The notes under the pieces were generated by a model. The model was not told the DNA's origin and made no database searches. It worked only from the letters and a program-made list of their open reading frames with translations. A stretch of DNA of 64,000 bases, from the IMG/VR virus record IMGVR_UViG_3300033163_000075; one strand, 5' to 3'. Shown piece after piece: positions 17,614-28,338 of this stretch (the first letter of the stretch is position 1; every line of letters starts with the position of its first letter). The translations under genes were made by a program, and so were the position numbers. Origin of the DNA: an uncultured virus (IMG/VR IMGVR_UViG_3300033163_000075). Its lineage: Duplodnaviria > Heunggongvirae > Uroviricota > Caudoviricetes.

Positions 17614-19392
17614 TCACTCGCAGAGTTTCTGATAGGCTTTCTTTACAATACCGGCCATAAGTTTTCTACGTTGTTCGAGAAAATCCGGGTACGACATCTT
17701 TTCAAAATCGACAGGCAGTGCATTCTCAGCGCAGGTCTTTTTGTACCCTTCCTCGCCAAGTTTCTTACGATATCTGTCAACATACTCAGCTGGCGGATCA
17801 TCTGAAATATCGATGTTCGTGTTGTAATCCAGATATGTGAAGTTTGCTATTTGGTTCCGGTCACGGTCGCTTGTATAACCGATTCCTGTCAGATAATTCT
17901 TCGGGAAGATATGGTGTTTATCTATGGCCTTCTTGTCTCCGCTTGCTCCCGGTAGGAGTTTTGCTGCAAGTGTTGTTGTACTGAACAACATAGGAGTTCC
18001 CAAAACATTAAGGGCAGCAATGTACCCGAACCACGCAGGAGATGTTGCTGCAGCACTCATGAGATCTGAAGGAAGTGTAAGGTTGAAATAATCATCGGAG
18101 AATCTTGTGGAAATCACTCCGTCCAGATAAGAAACAAACTCATCCGCTGTATGTACATTTCTCAAATCAGCAAACTGCTTTTCGACCTCAGACTCTGTGG
18201 AACCGGTATAGAAGTATGTTATTGTCGACATGAATATCCACTTCTTAATGACTTTCTGAAGCGCAATAGGCTGAACCTTATAATCATATTTCCCTATCAG
18301 GTAAAGGACATAGCAGAACACAACCGCATTTGTAGATGCAACAATGCTCCCATTCACATACCCAGCATCCGCAAACAAGCCCATGAACGCATACCAATTG
18401 TTCAGGTTTGTAACCTCATCAAGCGCGTTCTTGAACTTAGTGAGATTGGTGTCCATCTCCTCTTTTGTTACAACACCTGTTTCGAGGTTTTTACCTCTCA
18501 TGAGCATGTATGCATAACGAAGTCTCGCACGACGGAAACCTACTGCAACCGCCATACGTATCAGATGAGACGGATCTGCCTTCAGAATAAAGTTGTAGGA
18601 AGTACCATCTTTCGGGATACGCGATTCGGCACAGAATTTATCAATCTTGTCATGTACATCGTTATCATAAACAGCGAGAAGTGTTTCTATGAAGTTCTTC
18701 TCCGTTAACTTCTGTCCTCCTGAATTAACACGCACAAAGACCTCTGCAACATCCTCCTCAGTCGCCTTTGCATTAATGCGGAGCGTCGGTAATGTATATA
18801 TGGAAAGATTGAGCAGATCATTCAGATTTGTTTCGATTGCTTCCTCTTCTTCATCGGTCAGGAGATCTTTTCCGTTTTTCTCTCTACCGGCATTACAGTC
18901 TTTGATGAATTGCCTCCGAAACTTCGGAACGTCATGGTTTGCATCGGCTTCAAACACGGCACTGATTCCGCTGATCCATTCCGGATTACGCTCATAAGCT
19001 TCTGTCCAAACTGCAAACTCACGAGTAAGAGGATTGAAGGCAATACGAATCTGTCGCTCAGAATAATTCTTGTCCTTAACCTTAATTCCGGATATAGCAG
19101 CCAAAAGAGCGGTCAGACGCTGCTGGCCATCGATCACCAGATAATCCGGCTGGATGTATGTCTTGTCATTAGTACCGATGTGGTTTATGGTTTCATACCC
19201 ATCGGGAGACTGCCAAAGCATAATGTAACCTATCGGATATCCTTTAAGCATTGAATCCAACAGATCTCGCGCCTTGCTATCCTTCCAAACAAATGGTCTT
19301 TGAAGATCCGGAAGGCCAACCTTTCCATTCTTTACATCACTGAGCAGATCACCGACCTTGCTCGGAATATTGTCAAATAATTCTTTTCCCAT
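17614..19392 (-). CDS. DUF262 (GmrS-like) protein with C-terminal HNH-like motif
   Basis: LPDLQRPFVW, DGQQRLT, FVRVNSGG, DKHHIFPK..NQIAN. Confidence 0.85.
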   Translation of the reverse strand: MGKELFDNIPSKVGDLLSDVKNGKVGLPDLQRPFVWKDSKARDLLDSMLKGYPIGYIMLWQSPDGYETINHIGTNDKTYIQPDYLVIDGQQRLTALLAAISGIKVKDKNYSERQIRIAFNPLTREFAVWTEAYERNPEWISGISAVFEADANHDVPKFRRQFIKDCNAGREKNGKDLLTDEEEEAIETNLNDLLNLSIYTLPTLRINAKATEEDVAEVFVRVNSGGQKLTEKNFIETLLAVYDNDVHDKIDKFCAESRIPKDGTSYNFILKADPSHLIRMAVAVGFRRARLRYAYMLMRGKNLETGVVTKEEMDTNLTKFKNALDEVTNLNNWYAFMGLFADAGYVNGSIVASTNAVVFCYVLYLIGKYDYKVQPIALQKVIKKWIFMSTITYFYTGSTESEVEKQFADLRNVHTADEFVSYLDGVISTRFSDDYFNLTLPSDLMSAAATSPAWFGYIAALNVLGTPMLFSTTTLAAKLLPGASGDKKAIDKHHIFPKNYLTGIGYTSDRDRNQIANFTYLDYNTNIDISDDPPAEYVDRYRKKLGEEGYKKTCAENALPVDFEKMSYPDFLEQRRKLMAGIVKKAYQKLCE

Positions 19393-19418
19393 AAAAGTGT
19401 ACCTTCCTCATTTTATGT

Positions 19419-22064
19419 TTACTCTACGAATAGATCTGGCAGATTATATTTAACAAGCTCTACATCATCGCGGACGCCTCTATTGCCACAAGTCTCTATG
19501 CTCTTCTTAAGCTTCAATTCTGGTTCTGTAGCAGCAATGTACTGCGGATGTTTCAAAATATATATTGCGGATTCTCTTGTAAATCCATGTTTCTCGATGT
19601 TTATGGCTGCTCGGTTCGTAGATCCGTATTCTACAAACTCGTACCAGTCATTTTCTATCTTATCGACGCCCTTGATCTCCTTATAGGCTTTCGACACCTT
19701 TAGAAAATAATTAGAAAGCCGGAACAGAATAACATCGTCAATGACCGACAAAACATCAGATATCACTAAATTCCGATGTTCACGTGAATCGTTGTAATCC
19801 ATGTATTGCCTGTCTATGTACAGTGCATTCTTAGGAAAATTTCTTTTGTGCTGCAGTGCCTGATTCATAATCTGACTCAGACCGTAACCCTGTACCCACT
19901 GCCCAAGAATTACCGCATACCAGCTTAACTTTCCGTGCTTATGAGAGGTTTTCCCGACATGGCCAAGCGTATCAAACTCATAAACTTCCCATTTAAATAT
20001 CTTGCAAAGCCTCTCCAGAAAATCCATGAGTTCGTCTTTATCATATTTTCCGTCTACATCGATTTTCGGGAATTCAAGGCCATTATGAGCTATTGCCTGA
20101 TATAACGACTCAGACTGATCAACAGATACAGTTATGTCGTCATCCTGCTGGAACTCCTGATTAGAAAACAACTCTCTAATTCTGTCCTCATCACCCGGTT
20201 GCATCAAAGCAACGAATTCACGCCTTACTCTGCTGTTACGATCTTTTAAGATGTCGTTCAAGAGAATAATGGCAAACTTGCGCATCATATCATAAGAATC
20301 AGCACTCTGGTTTGCCGGATACTTTTCCAGCTCAACCGTTCCGGATAAAAGCGTCGAAATGACATGCTTTTTCTGCGGCTTGGTGAGTTGTTTCTCCACT
20401 GATAATGTTTGATCAGGAATTTTTTCCTTCAATAGGCTGATATATTTCTCATTGGCTTTTTCATTTGAAGCAACAAGAAATACATTGCCATACAAGCTAT
20501 AATCGAGCCTTCCCACGCGCCCTATCAGATTCCTGAAATCAACGGCTTTCATATGTTTTAAGCCATTTTTGAAATCAGTTACAAACAAATTATCTGCCGG
20601 GAGGTTAACGCCTTCAACAAGCGTACTTGTACAAAACAGTGCTGTTATGTCGCCATCTTTAAATAGTTTTTCTATCCGTTGACGAATAGATGACGGCAAA
20701 TAACCTATATGATATGCAACGCCTTTTTTGACAAGTTCCGCAAGGTAATAGTCCCCATGTACCTCGTTACTTATATCCTTAGAAAGCTCCATGAGCCTTT
20801 TATTTTCTGTCTGATCTATCCTGTTGGCAGCAAAATCTCTTGCTGCTGTAACCGTTTTACGAGTAGATGGAAAATAAACAATGGACTGAGTTTTGTTACC
20901 TTCGCTGTCACGCTCAAACCGTAATAAAACGTCCGTCAGATCAGCATCGGGAAGTGGTACAAACGTTATCGGTATCAATTCTTCAGCGTGCTCATCATAT
21001 ACACTGACCTCATTATCTACTAAGTCTATAAGGAATTTTATCTGTGTAACAGGCGACAAGGATGTCTTCAGCTTCTGCTTTTGAAGACTCTCCTTATCCA
21101 GTTGCCCGATTAAATTTAGATATATTTCAGGATTCGGCACATTAGGCGACGCAAATACAATATGTGTGTCCGGCGATTCCTCCGAAAGCATCTGCGTTAC
21201 CTGATAATAGAACGGGCTCCTGTTATCATCGCTTGACACCTTATGCGCCTCATCAATAAACAGATAATCTATATGTAGCTCCTTCTCGTTAATCAAAAGA
21301 TAAAGGAGTCTTTCTGGCGTCATTATCAAAATATAGTTTCTGCGTTCCTCCGGGGATTTAGGCTTCACTTGAAGCGCTGCATCTCCTGCCGCCGTAACTA
21401 TGTGGTATCCAAACGCTCTGAGATTGTCTCCGAGATCATCTGTAACTTTGGCTCTCACTTCATTAATGAGTGCTTTCGTAGGAACAATCAGCGCAAAATT
21501 CTGCTTAGCTCCATTCAGAATCTGCTGCTTCATAAAAATTCTCATTATGAAGGACTTTCCGGTCGATGTAGGTGCTGAAAAGCTATAGTATCCATCTGTC
21601 AGATGATCGTATATTTTCCGTTGCGCACTCATAAAAGCATTGGACGGATCTGCCGGAATGGATAACTTTTCACGCTTATAACTCGAAAATATCTTTTCTC
21701 GAATATCCACTCCATCAAATGAGGACTTTAATATCTTCTTACCCCGATAGTTGTTAATCGTGGTCAGTACTGAACCACCAACATAAGAAACTCTACTATC
21801 ATTTGGATAAAGCTCAGACAGCATTGTAATAATCTCTTGCGCCCATTCTTTCTGTGAATCGGATAGTTCCGGATGATTCGATTTTGACAGAATATCTGCA
21901 AAAGCAAGGGCATCTGCAAGGGAGAATACACGCATTCTTCCTTTGTCGAGTCCAAAAAGATGAATCGCATAATTAAAGAGGATGTCTTGATAGATTGTCC
22001 GTAAATACTGATTCTTATTGAGGTCGGAAAAATATCCGTACCCGAAATTTCTCTCTTCAGGCAT
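19419..22064 (-). CDS. hamB: Hachiman helicase HamB (Ski2-like SF2)
   Basis: APTSTGKS, VPTKAL, DEAH, TSTLVEGVNLP, GRVGR motifs; coupled to a DUF1837-like gene. Confidence 0.8.
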   Translation of the reverse strand: MPEERNFGYGYFSDLNKNQYLRTIYQDILFNYAIHLFGLDKGRMRVFSLADALAFADILSKSNHPELSDSQKEWAQEIITMLSELYPNDSRVSYVGGSVLTTINNYRGKKILKSSFDGVDIREKIFSSYKREKLSIPADPSNAFMSAQRKIYDHLTDGYYSFSAPTSTGKSFIMRIFMKQQILNGAKQNFALIVPTKALINEVRAKVTDDLGDNLRAFGYHIVTAAGDAALQVKPKSPEERRNYILIMTPERLLYLLINEKELHIDYLFIDEAHKVSSDDNRSPFYYQVTQMLSEESPDTHIVFASPNVPNPEIYLNLIGQLDKESLQKQKLKTSLSPVTQIKFLIDLVDNEVSVYDEHAEELIPITFVPLPDADLTDVLLRFERDSEGNKTQSIVYFPSTRKTVTAARDFAANRIDQTENKRLMELSKDISNEVHGDYYLAELVKKGVAYHIGYLPSSIRQRIEKLFKDGDITALFCTSTLVEGVNLPADNLFVTDFKNGLKHMKAVDFRNLIGRVGRLDYSLYGNVFLVASNEKANEKYISLLKEKIPDQTLSVEKQLTKPQKKHVISTLLSGTVELEKYPANQSADSYDMMRKFAIILLNDILKDRNSRVRREFVALMQPGDEDRIRELFSNQEFQQDDDITVSVDQSESLYQAIAHNGLEFPKIDVDGKYDKDELMDFLERLCKIFKWEVYEFDTLGHVGKTSHKHGKLSWYAVILGQWVQGYGLSQIMNQALQHKRNFPKNALYIDRQYMDYNDSREHRNLVISDVLSVIDDVILFRLSNYFLKVSKAYKEIKGVDKIENDWYEFVEYGSTNRAAINIEKHGFTRESAIYILKHPQYIAATEPELKLKKSIETCGNRGVRDDVELVKYNLPDLFVE

Positions 22065-22989
22065 GGTCTTCACCTTCTCTCATAATCTTTTGCATAATAG
22101 ACTTTTTGTCATCCTCTGCATCATCAAATGGCAGAATGTAAACATAGAATGATCTATTTGTCAGTCCAAGTTTTTTGATTTTATCCTTGATTGCAGGAAG
22201 CGCATGACTAATATCGGAAGTCATCTTCTTATCGATAAGTTCTCGATATTCATTGCTGTTATACTTTTCAGGATCCAACCCAAGGGCATATCCAAGAAAA
22301 ATACCGTAAGCCGTATCACGATTTACTGTTTTGTTTGGATCTGGAGTAATTATGTCCTTGAGCTGCAGTGCAACAGGATCGTTTTCCGGTAGCTCAAAGA
22401 TTGTGTTATCTACAATCTGAATCTCTGTAGCTGCATTTTTCTCTATTTGAGCAATCCGCTCGAACGCTTCATCAATTGCAATACCAATGTCACCAACGAC
22501 ACTGGAAGCACCGAAAACCATCTCATACGACAAAACATCCCCATCTCCACCAAGCGAAAGTAGATGCATTCCATCAGTTACACTCCTATCAGATTTCGCC
22601 GTAATATTCAATTCAACCTTGCTATATATTTTCGGTGCTCCAAGGACAGACTCCAGAAAGGCATAAAGTAAGATCTCTCCCACTTCATTTCCTGTACCTT
22701 TTTCGTCAGCCGCACCATTCTTATGCATAATATCGAGTGCTTCAACACCAACGCTAAATTCATTTCCATCAAGTACGAACTGCTCTATCTGTGAACGCGA
22801 AAAAACATACTGACCAATATTCCATCCAAGGAACTGCTGTAGTTTGGCCTTAGAGAATCTGTTGCTTATAACCTCTTTCAGTTTAAAAAGCTTCAACTGT
22901 TCGTTAGCATGCTGACCAAGGCTCTCCGAATGGGGAACCTCGACAAATATTTCATTAAACCTTTTGTCGTTGATTGACTTGTTCAGCAT
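22057..22989 (-). CDS. hamA: Hachiman HamA-like (DUF1837) protein
   Basis: GEILLYAFLESVLGAPKIYSKVEL..DGMH motif; adjacent to the helicase. Confidence 0.75.
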   Translation of the reverse strand: MLNKSINDKRFNEIFVEVPHSESLGQHANEQLKLFKLKEVISNRFSKAKLQQFLGWNIGQYVFSRSQIEQFVLDGNEFSVGVEALDIMHKNGAADEKGTGNEVGEILLYAFLESVLGAPKIYSKVELNITAKSDRSVTDGMHLLSLGGDGDVLSYEMVFGASSVVGDIGIAIDEAFERIAQIEKNAATEIQIVDNTIFELPENDPVALQLKDIITPDPNKTVNRDTAYGIFLGYALGLDPEKYNSNEYRELIDKKMTSDISHALPAIKDKIKKLGLTNRSFYVYILPFDDAEDDKKSIMQKIMREGEDHA

Positions 22990-23016
22990 ATGCTCACTCC
23001 TCATAACAGATTGTGT

Positions 23017-26000
23017 TTATTCGTCTTTCTTTCCGTATGGAGCGGTATCCTCCGCGACCATAGATGTAGGCATTTCGTAATTATGAATATCATAGTGATA
23101 AGGTGCGCTTGTTTCTCTTACCACAATAGAATCATCACCATCAGGACTATATTTTTTGAAATTTTCAGCCTGTTCCATAACCTTTTCAAACACTTCTTCA
23201 TCCCACTCAGGCGGATATCCGTTCTTGTATAGAAGTACGGTCAAATCCATATTCAGCTGGTTCTTTATATCCTCACGAGTAGACCAATCAGCGTATTGAG
23301 ACTTATCATCCACAAGCTCTTTTATTTTCTTTGCAAGAACAATACATTTCTCATCAGCATATGGGAATCCATGATCGTCACGTACTTTCACAAGAATGTC
23401 ATAGAAAGCCTTTTCCTCATATGTGATACCCATTTTCTCAAAGGACTCTCTATCAGCATTCAGGTCATTCATAATCTTAATAAGCTGCTCAGACAAGTCA
23501 TTTACGAAATCGGCAACGACTTCACTTGTAAATACAAGCTTGTCTCTACTGTTGTAAGCGTCAACAACCTGACGCAGACGCTCATCGAACTCAATCGCTT
23601 TTACCTTGTTGGTCTTTCCATAAGCGGAAATTGCCTTTTTCAACAATTTGAGCAGCGCATTGAACTTTGTAATCGGAAGCTTTACTGTTTCCAGCTCTTT
23701 TAAGAAATCATCGCTGAATAAATCTACGGATTTATGCTCATCAACAATATTTTCAATTCCAGTACAGGTAATAGCTTCCCTTACCATATCCTCAACAACA
23801 CGGTTCATAATTTCCGCGTCCGGAGCATCGCCCTTGGTCTGCTTGTAAATAATGGAACGAATAGCCAAATAGAACTGAGCCTTTGAAGTTTCCTCATCGG
23901 TAAGTTCCCCAGACGGGAAACAAATCACATAGGCTCCCTTCAGCCGACGTGAGAGACCCATAAAACGAGTTTGAGTATCCTTTTTTACCTGTACAAACTC
24001 TGCCGCATCATTTAAACAATTTAATCTTTCAAGAGGAGATCCAGCATAAAATCTTCTGGCATCAAATCCACTCATCACCTCATCGATCAATGACAAATGA
24101 TTGCGGAAAATGGAAAGAGAAATATTAAGCTCATCAATAGGACTTTCCTGCGGACTGCCATATTTTTTAACAGCCTCCAGCATGTCGTTTTTAATACCGA
24201 TGTAATCGACTACCAGTCCTTTATCTTTTCCATCAAAAACACGATTCACACGGGAGATAGTCTGAATGAGAGTATGCTTTTGAAGCGGCTTATCAATATA
24301 CATTACTGCCAACGACGGAACATCAAAACCGGTGATCCACATGTCCACAACGACGGCAATCTTAAAATTAGAATCCGTATTTTTGAACTGCTTATCAAGC
24401 ATCTTCCGATACTCTTTGGAGCCACAGAGGTCATACAACTCCTTTTCGTCATTCTGTCCCTGTGTCGCCACAAGATTAATTTTGGGAAGAGCCTCAAGCT
24501 TATCCAACTGCTCCTGAGATAATTCGTCTTCATGCTCGGCTTTTCTTTTAACTCTCCAATCAGGACGCAATGCCTCGATTGCCTTCAATACACGAAAGGC
24601 GATTTTCCTGTCTGCACACACAATCATCGCCTTTTGCACAATCTCAGGCTTTTCAGCACAAAGCGATTCATAGTGGCTCACAATATCTGCAGCCAGTTTT
24701 TTAATTCTATCCGGATGACCAAGGATGGCGTTCATTTTACTCATAGCACGCTTGCTCTCTTCGATCTGCTCCTCGGTCAACCCTTCCTGAGCACACTGCT
24801 CATAGTATTTTTCTATTTCCTTAGCCTGCTCTTCCGAAAGAATAACGCGGGCAAGGCGTGGCTCATACGCAATCCTTACAGTGATTCCATCATCGCTCGA
24901 CTCTTTCATGGTATAGCTGTCAACAACATCTCCAAAGACAGCTATTGTTTCATCAATCGGTGTTCCGGTAAAACCGCAGTATGTTGCGTTCGGAAAGCTG
25001 GTGCGCAGATAGTGACCAAATCCGTATGTCGTAAAAACGCCCTTATCCGTCTTTTTCAATTTGGCTCCGACTCCGGTTTGTGTGCGATGTGCCTCGTCAG
25101 AAATGCATATAATATTGCTTCGATCTGAAAGCAAGCCCGTACTTTCACAGAATTTTTGGATCGTAGTAATATAGATACCACCGCTTGGACGATCATTTAG
25201 AGTATCATGAAGATCCTGACGACTTTCGATGCTCCGCACATCTTCTTCATGTAGATACTTCTTTGCAGTTACAAATAGCTCCGAAGTCTGAGTATCCAGA
25301 TCTTCGCGGTCAGCAATTATGATAATTGTAGGATTATGGAACGCCTCATGATCTCTGAGTGCAATAAGTCTGGACAGGAACAGCATGGTGTATGTCTTAC
25401 CACATCCTGTCGCCCCGAAGTACGTACCGCCCTTACCATCACCCTCTGGTCGCATATGCTCCTTAATATTCGCAAGCATCTTATTTGCACCAAAATACTG
25501 AGGATAACGGCAGACAATAGCTTCATCCTTCTTACTATCATCAGGGTAGAAAACAAAATCACGCAGAATCTGTAGAACGCGATCTTTTGCAAAAGCGCCC
25601 TCTATCATCGTGTACAAAGAGCTGATGCCATTTGAAACCTTGTCCTGATCGTTCGCTTTATTCCAAGCATAATAATATTCATAAGGTGTAAAGATACTGC
25701 CCATGCGATTGTTAGCACCGTCGCTTATAACTGACAAGAAACAATACTTCATTAGCTTAGGAATATCCCTGCAATAACGAATTGTAATCTGCTCCCAAGC
25801 ATCGTGAATAGTAGTATCTTCTTCAATGGCCGATTTAAACTCTAAAATAGTCACCGGTATTCCGTTAATAAATACGAGCAAATCCGGTCTGCGTAGACGC
25901 TTGTCCTGAACAGAGTACTGATTGATTACTTTGAAAATGTTGTTCTCCGGATGATCAAAATCAATATAATCCACATGAAGCGCGACTTGAGTGATATCAT

Positions 26001-26301
26001 CACGTCCGAGGTCGAATCCTTCTGTGACAAGCCTGAAAGATTCACGGTTCCCACTGTACAGAGGCGTCGAGTTTATAAGGCGTAATTTATTTATGACCTT
26101 CTGGATTTCAACATCACTTAGATCATTGTTATAGCGGGACACAAGATATGAGCGCAGATCATCCGTCAGGAGGATATCTTCATATCTCCTGTGAATGCTC
26201 TCACCGGGAACATAGGTATAGCCCTGCTGCTCGAACAGTTCTATGATAGCCTGTTCAAGCTCACCCTCTGTAAATTTTCCTTTTTCAAAAATATAATCCA
26301 T
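23017..26301 (-). CDS. hsdR: Type I restriction subunit R
   Basis: RRPD..NGIP..EFK, ATGCGKT, DEAHR, TGTP, QTISRVNR. Confidence 0.95.
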   Translation of the reverse strand: MDYIFEKGKFTEGELEQAIIELFEQQGYTYVPGESIHRRYEDILLTDDLRSYLVSRYNNDLSDVEIQKVINKLRLINSTPLYSGNRESFRLVTEGFDLGRDDITQVALHVDYIDFDHPENNIFKVINQYSVQDKRLRRPDLLVFINGIPVTILEFKSAIEEDTTIHDAWEQITIRYCRDIPKLMKYCFLSVISDGANNRMGSIFTPYEYYYAWNKANDQDKVSNGISSLYTMIEGAFAKDRVLQILRDFVFYPDDSKKDEAIVCRYPQYFGANKMLANIKEHMRPEGDGKGGTYFGATGCGKTYTMLFLSRLIALRDHEAFHNPTIIIIADREDLDTQTSELFVTAKKYLHEEDVRSIESRQDLHDTLNDRPSGGIYITTIQKFCESTGLLSDRSNIICISDEAHRTQTGVGAKLKKTDKGVFTTYGFGHYLRTSFPNATYCGFTGTPIDETIAVFGDVVDSYTMKESSDDGITVRIAYEPRLARVILSEEQAKEIEKYYEQCAQEGLTEEQIEESKRAMSKMNAILGHPDRIKKLAADIVSHYESLCAEKPEIVQKAMIVCADRKIAFRVLKAIEALRPDWRVKRKAEHEDELSQEQLDKLEALPKINLVATQGQNDEKELYDLCGSKEYRKMLDKQFKNTDSNFKIAVVVDMWITGFDVPSLAVMYIDKPLQKHTLIQTISRVNRVFDGKDKGLVVDYIGIKNDMLEAVKKYGSPQESPIDELNISLSIFRNHLSLIDEVMSGFDARRFYAGSPLERLNCLNDAAEFVQVKKDTQTRFMGLSRRLKGAYVICFPSGELTDEETSKAQFYLAIRSIIYKQTKGDAPDAEIMNRVVEDMVREAITCTGIENIVDEHKSVDLFSDDFLKELETVKLPITKFNALLKLLKKAISAYGKTNKVKAIEFDERLRQVVDAYNSRDKLVFTSEVVADFVNDLSEQLIKIMNDLNADRESFEKMGITYEEKAFYDILVKVRDDHGFPYADEKCIVLAKKIKELVDDKSQYADWSTREDIKNQLNMDLTVLLYKNGYPPEWDEEVFEKVMEQAENFKKYSPDGDDSIVVRETSAPYHYDIHNYEMPTSMVAEDTAPYGKKDE

Positions 26302-26320
26302 CCGGGACGCCTCCTCCCAT

Positions 26321-27214
26321 TTAATTCTCCTCGCCGTATTCCTCTATAAGATATGTATCAAGTACCGCCGCCAAATTAACAGCGAGATTGGCAATCGATC
26401 TCGTAAGTTCTTCACTATTCATGCCCGCTCCATGAGCTGCAGAATTATTTCGGATGAACGGTAAGGACATCAGAACTTTTTCTCTGAATCCATTCCCATT
26501 CATAGCCGCAGGAAGTGTAATGTGGTTATCGCTCAATATCTTTTGCGTAAGCGCATCCGCATTACCTCTATCAGCCCCACAAATAATTTTCATGACGCTC
26601 TCATAGCTTTTCCCGGCATTCGTAATAGCCTCAGCATAATTATCTTTTTCAAGGAACTCTATGGCCTTTATCAATTCATCATATGCGGATTGAAAAACCG
26701 GTGCCGAGTCCGTAAGCTCATGAAGCTGCTCCAGTGCCTTTCGCTTCAAATCCTGTTCAAACTGCTTTGCATCTATTTTTATCATCACGCCATCAGTGAT
26801 GATCCACGGGATATCATTTTCCCTGAGAACAGCGTTTATCGCTATCCTGAATGGCTCCTTTTCATTATCTGACAAAGCTTCATATTGGAGTTCAATCAGA
26901 TCAAAAAGAAACGGCGTAAACATAGAAGCCAACACTACTGTGCTATCACCCATTGGACTGAAATCCATTGCAGCGAGATTGGCAACCGGATACCCAACCA
27001 GCTCGTTCACCTTGTTTGCTGCAATCTCAAGAGCATCCGTCGTCTCTTCATAGTTGTCATACCTGTTCGGATGATATTTTTGCGGTTCCCTGAAGTCTTC
27101 CAATGCTTTAACAATTTTTTGCTTTACCGCAAAGTCAATATCACCACAAATCTCATCCTTGGACTCGCCATTACCGAATTCGATCAGATCTTTATAGCGC
27201 TGAGAAAATATCAT
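26321..27214 (-). CDS. Abortive-infection-like protein with C-terminal HEPN (Abi_C-like), embedded in the hsd operon
   Basis: AITNAGKSYESVMK...IRNNSAAHG motif; overlaps the hsdS stop. Confidence 0.65.
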   Translation of the reverse strand: MIFSQRYKDLIEFGNGESKDEICGDIDFAVKQKIVKALEDFREPQKYHPNRYDNYEETTDALEIAANKVNELVGYPVANLAAMDFSPMGDSTVVLASMFTPFLFDLIELQYEALSDNEKEPFRIAINAVLRENDIPWIITDGVMIKIDAKQFEQDLKRKALEQLHELTDSAPVFQSAYDELIKAIEFLEKDNYAEAITNAGKSYESVMKIICGADRGNADALTQKILSDNHITLPAAMNGNGFREKVLMSLPFIRNNSAAHGAGMNSEELTRSIANLAVNLAAVLDTYLIEEYGEEN

Positions 27215-28338
27215 CCGGCAACCACCTCTTTCTCAGCCTCTTCGCGAGATCCTTTTATTAGTATTGGACAAATATTTTTTATGCGTTCTTTGAGTTTTTC
27301 GTTTATATCTTTTCTTTCGATATAAGCATTATAAATGTTCACTATATCCTGCTGAATATCGATGGATGGAATTGGGAATCTCAGTTTTCCAAGTTCATCA
27401 AATGGGAAAACATCCCGCGTAGATCCCCATGCATTAAATCCACACCTTCTTTGAGTTTCTGGACGTGACATCCACATCATTAGATATTCTGGAATAAGAT
27501 GTTTTTTATCGGCAACTTCAAACACCTGATATGACCCTGAAATAATGCAGTCTTCGCCCTGCCTGAGCGCGATAGGCAATTTCGTTCCGTTTGCTTTTAC
27601 CACCTTATTGAAAGCGAACTGTCCTGTACGAACAATCCTTGTACTTTCCTTATCAACAGCTTCTCGCTTTGCAGGAATAAACTGCATATTTACATCCACT
27701 CCCTGCGCAAGCGTCACTGATAAATCCGTATTCTTTTCATCACACTCTCTTAAATATTTTCCAATTTCTTCACTGGGGGATTGTTTTCTAAGGTTTTCAA
27801 TATATCCATCGCAAACAAGTTTTAGATCCTCCAACCCCAATTCATATGCTTTTTGGTTTGCAACCATAGCATTATAGATATCCGCATATTTCCTTTGAAT
27901 TTCAATAGGTGGAAGATAGAAATCTATATCGCACATATCTTCCCATGAAAAAGTTTCACGTGCAGATCCCCAAGAATTGAAGCGAGCATACCTATCAAAT
28001 TCCGGACGATTAAAGTACATATAAAGATAATCTGCACAAAGCTGATCTTCATCTGAAACACCGAACACCACAGATATAGAGGATACAAGAAAAGTATTAT
28101 CTGTATTGTTATATGCCAAAGACATTTTATCTCCGCGCCTCGATGTATCAGGAACGTAAGCAAAATAACCGGGTGGAAACAATTTATAATTATTCAAGCT
28201 CACACCTGTTAAGTCTGCCTTTGTAGTAATCATCTGCTTCTGCGTAGAAAGTCCTACAACAGTCTCTTCACCGAACTGACCATCACTATTTCTCAAATCG
28301 GATGGTTCTATGTATTTCCCAAGTTTAGTCAATCCCAT
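27211..28338 (-). CDS. hsdS: Type I specificity subunit S
   Basis: Two TRD repeats with LPPIEIQ / IPSIDIQ conserved regions. Confidence 0.9.
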   Translation of the reverse strand: MGLTKLGKYIEPSDLRNSDGQFGEETVVGLSTQKQMITTKADLTGVSLNNYKLFPPGYFAYVPDTSRRGDKMSLAYNNTDNTFLVSSISVVFGVSDEDQLCADYLYMYFNRPEFDRYARFNSWGSARETFSWEDMCDIDFYLPPIEIQRKYADIYNAMVANQKAYELGLEDLKLVCDGYIENLRKQSPSEEIGKYLRECDEKNTDLSVTLAQGVDVNMQFIPAKREAVDKESTRIVRTGQFAFNKVVKANGTKLPIALRQGEDCIISGSYQVFEVADKKHLIPEYLMMWMSRPETQRRCGFNAWGSTRDVFPFDELGKLRFPIPSIDIQQDIVNIYNAYIERKDINEKLKERIKNICPILIKGSREEAEKEVVAG

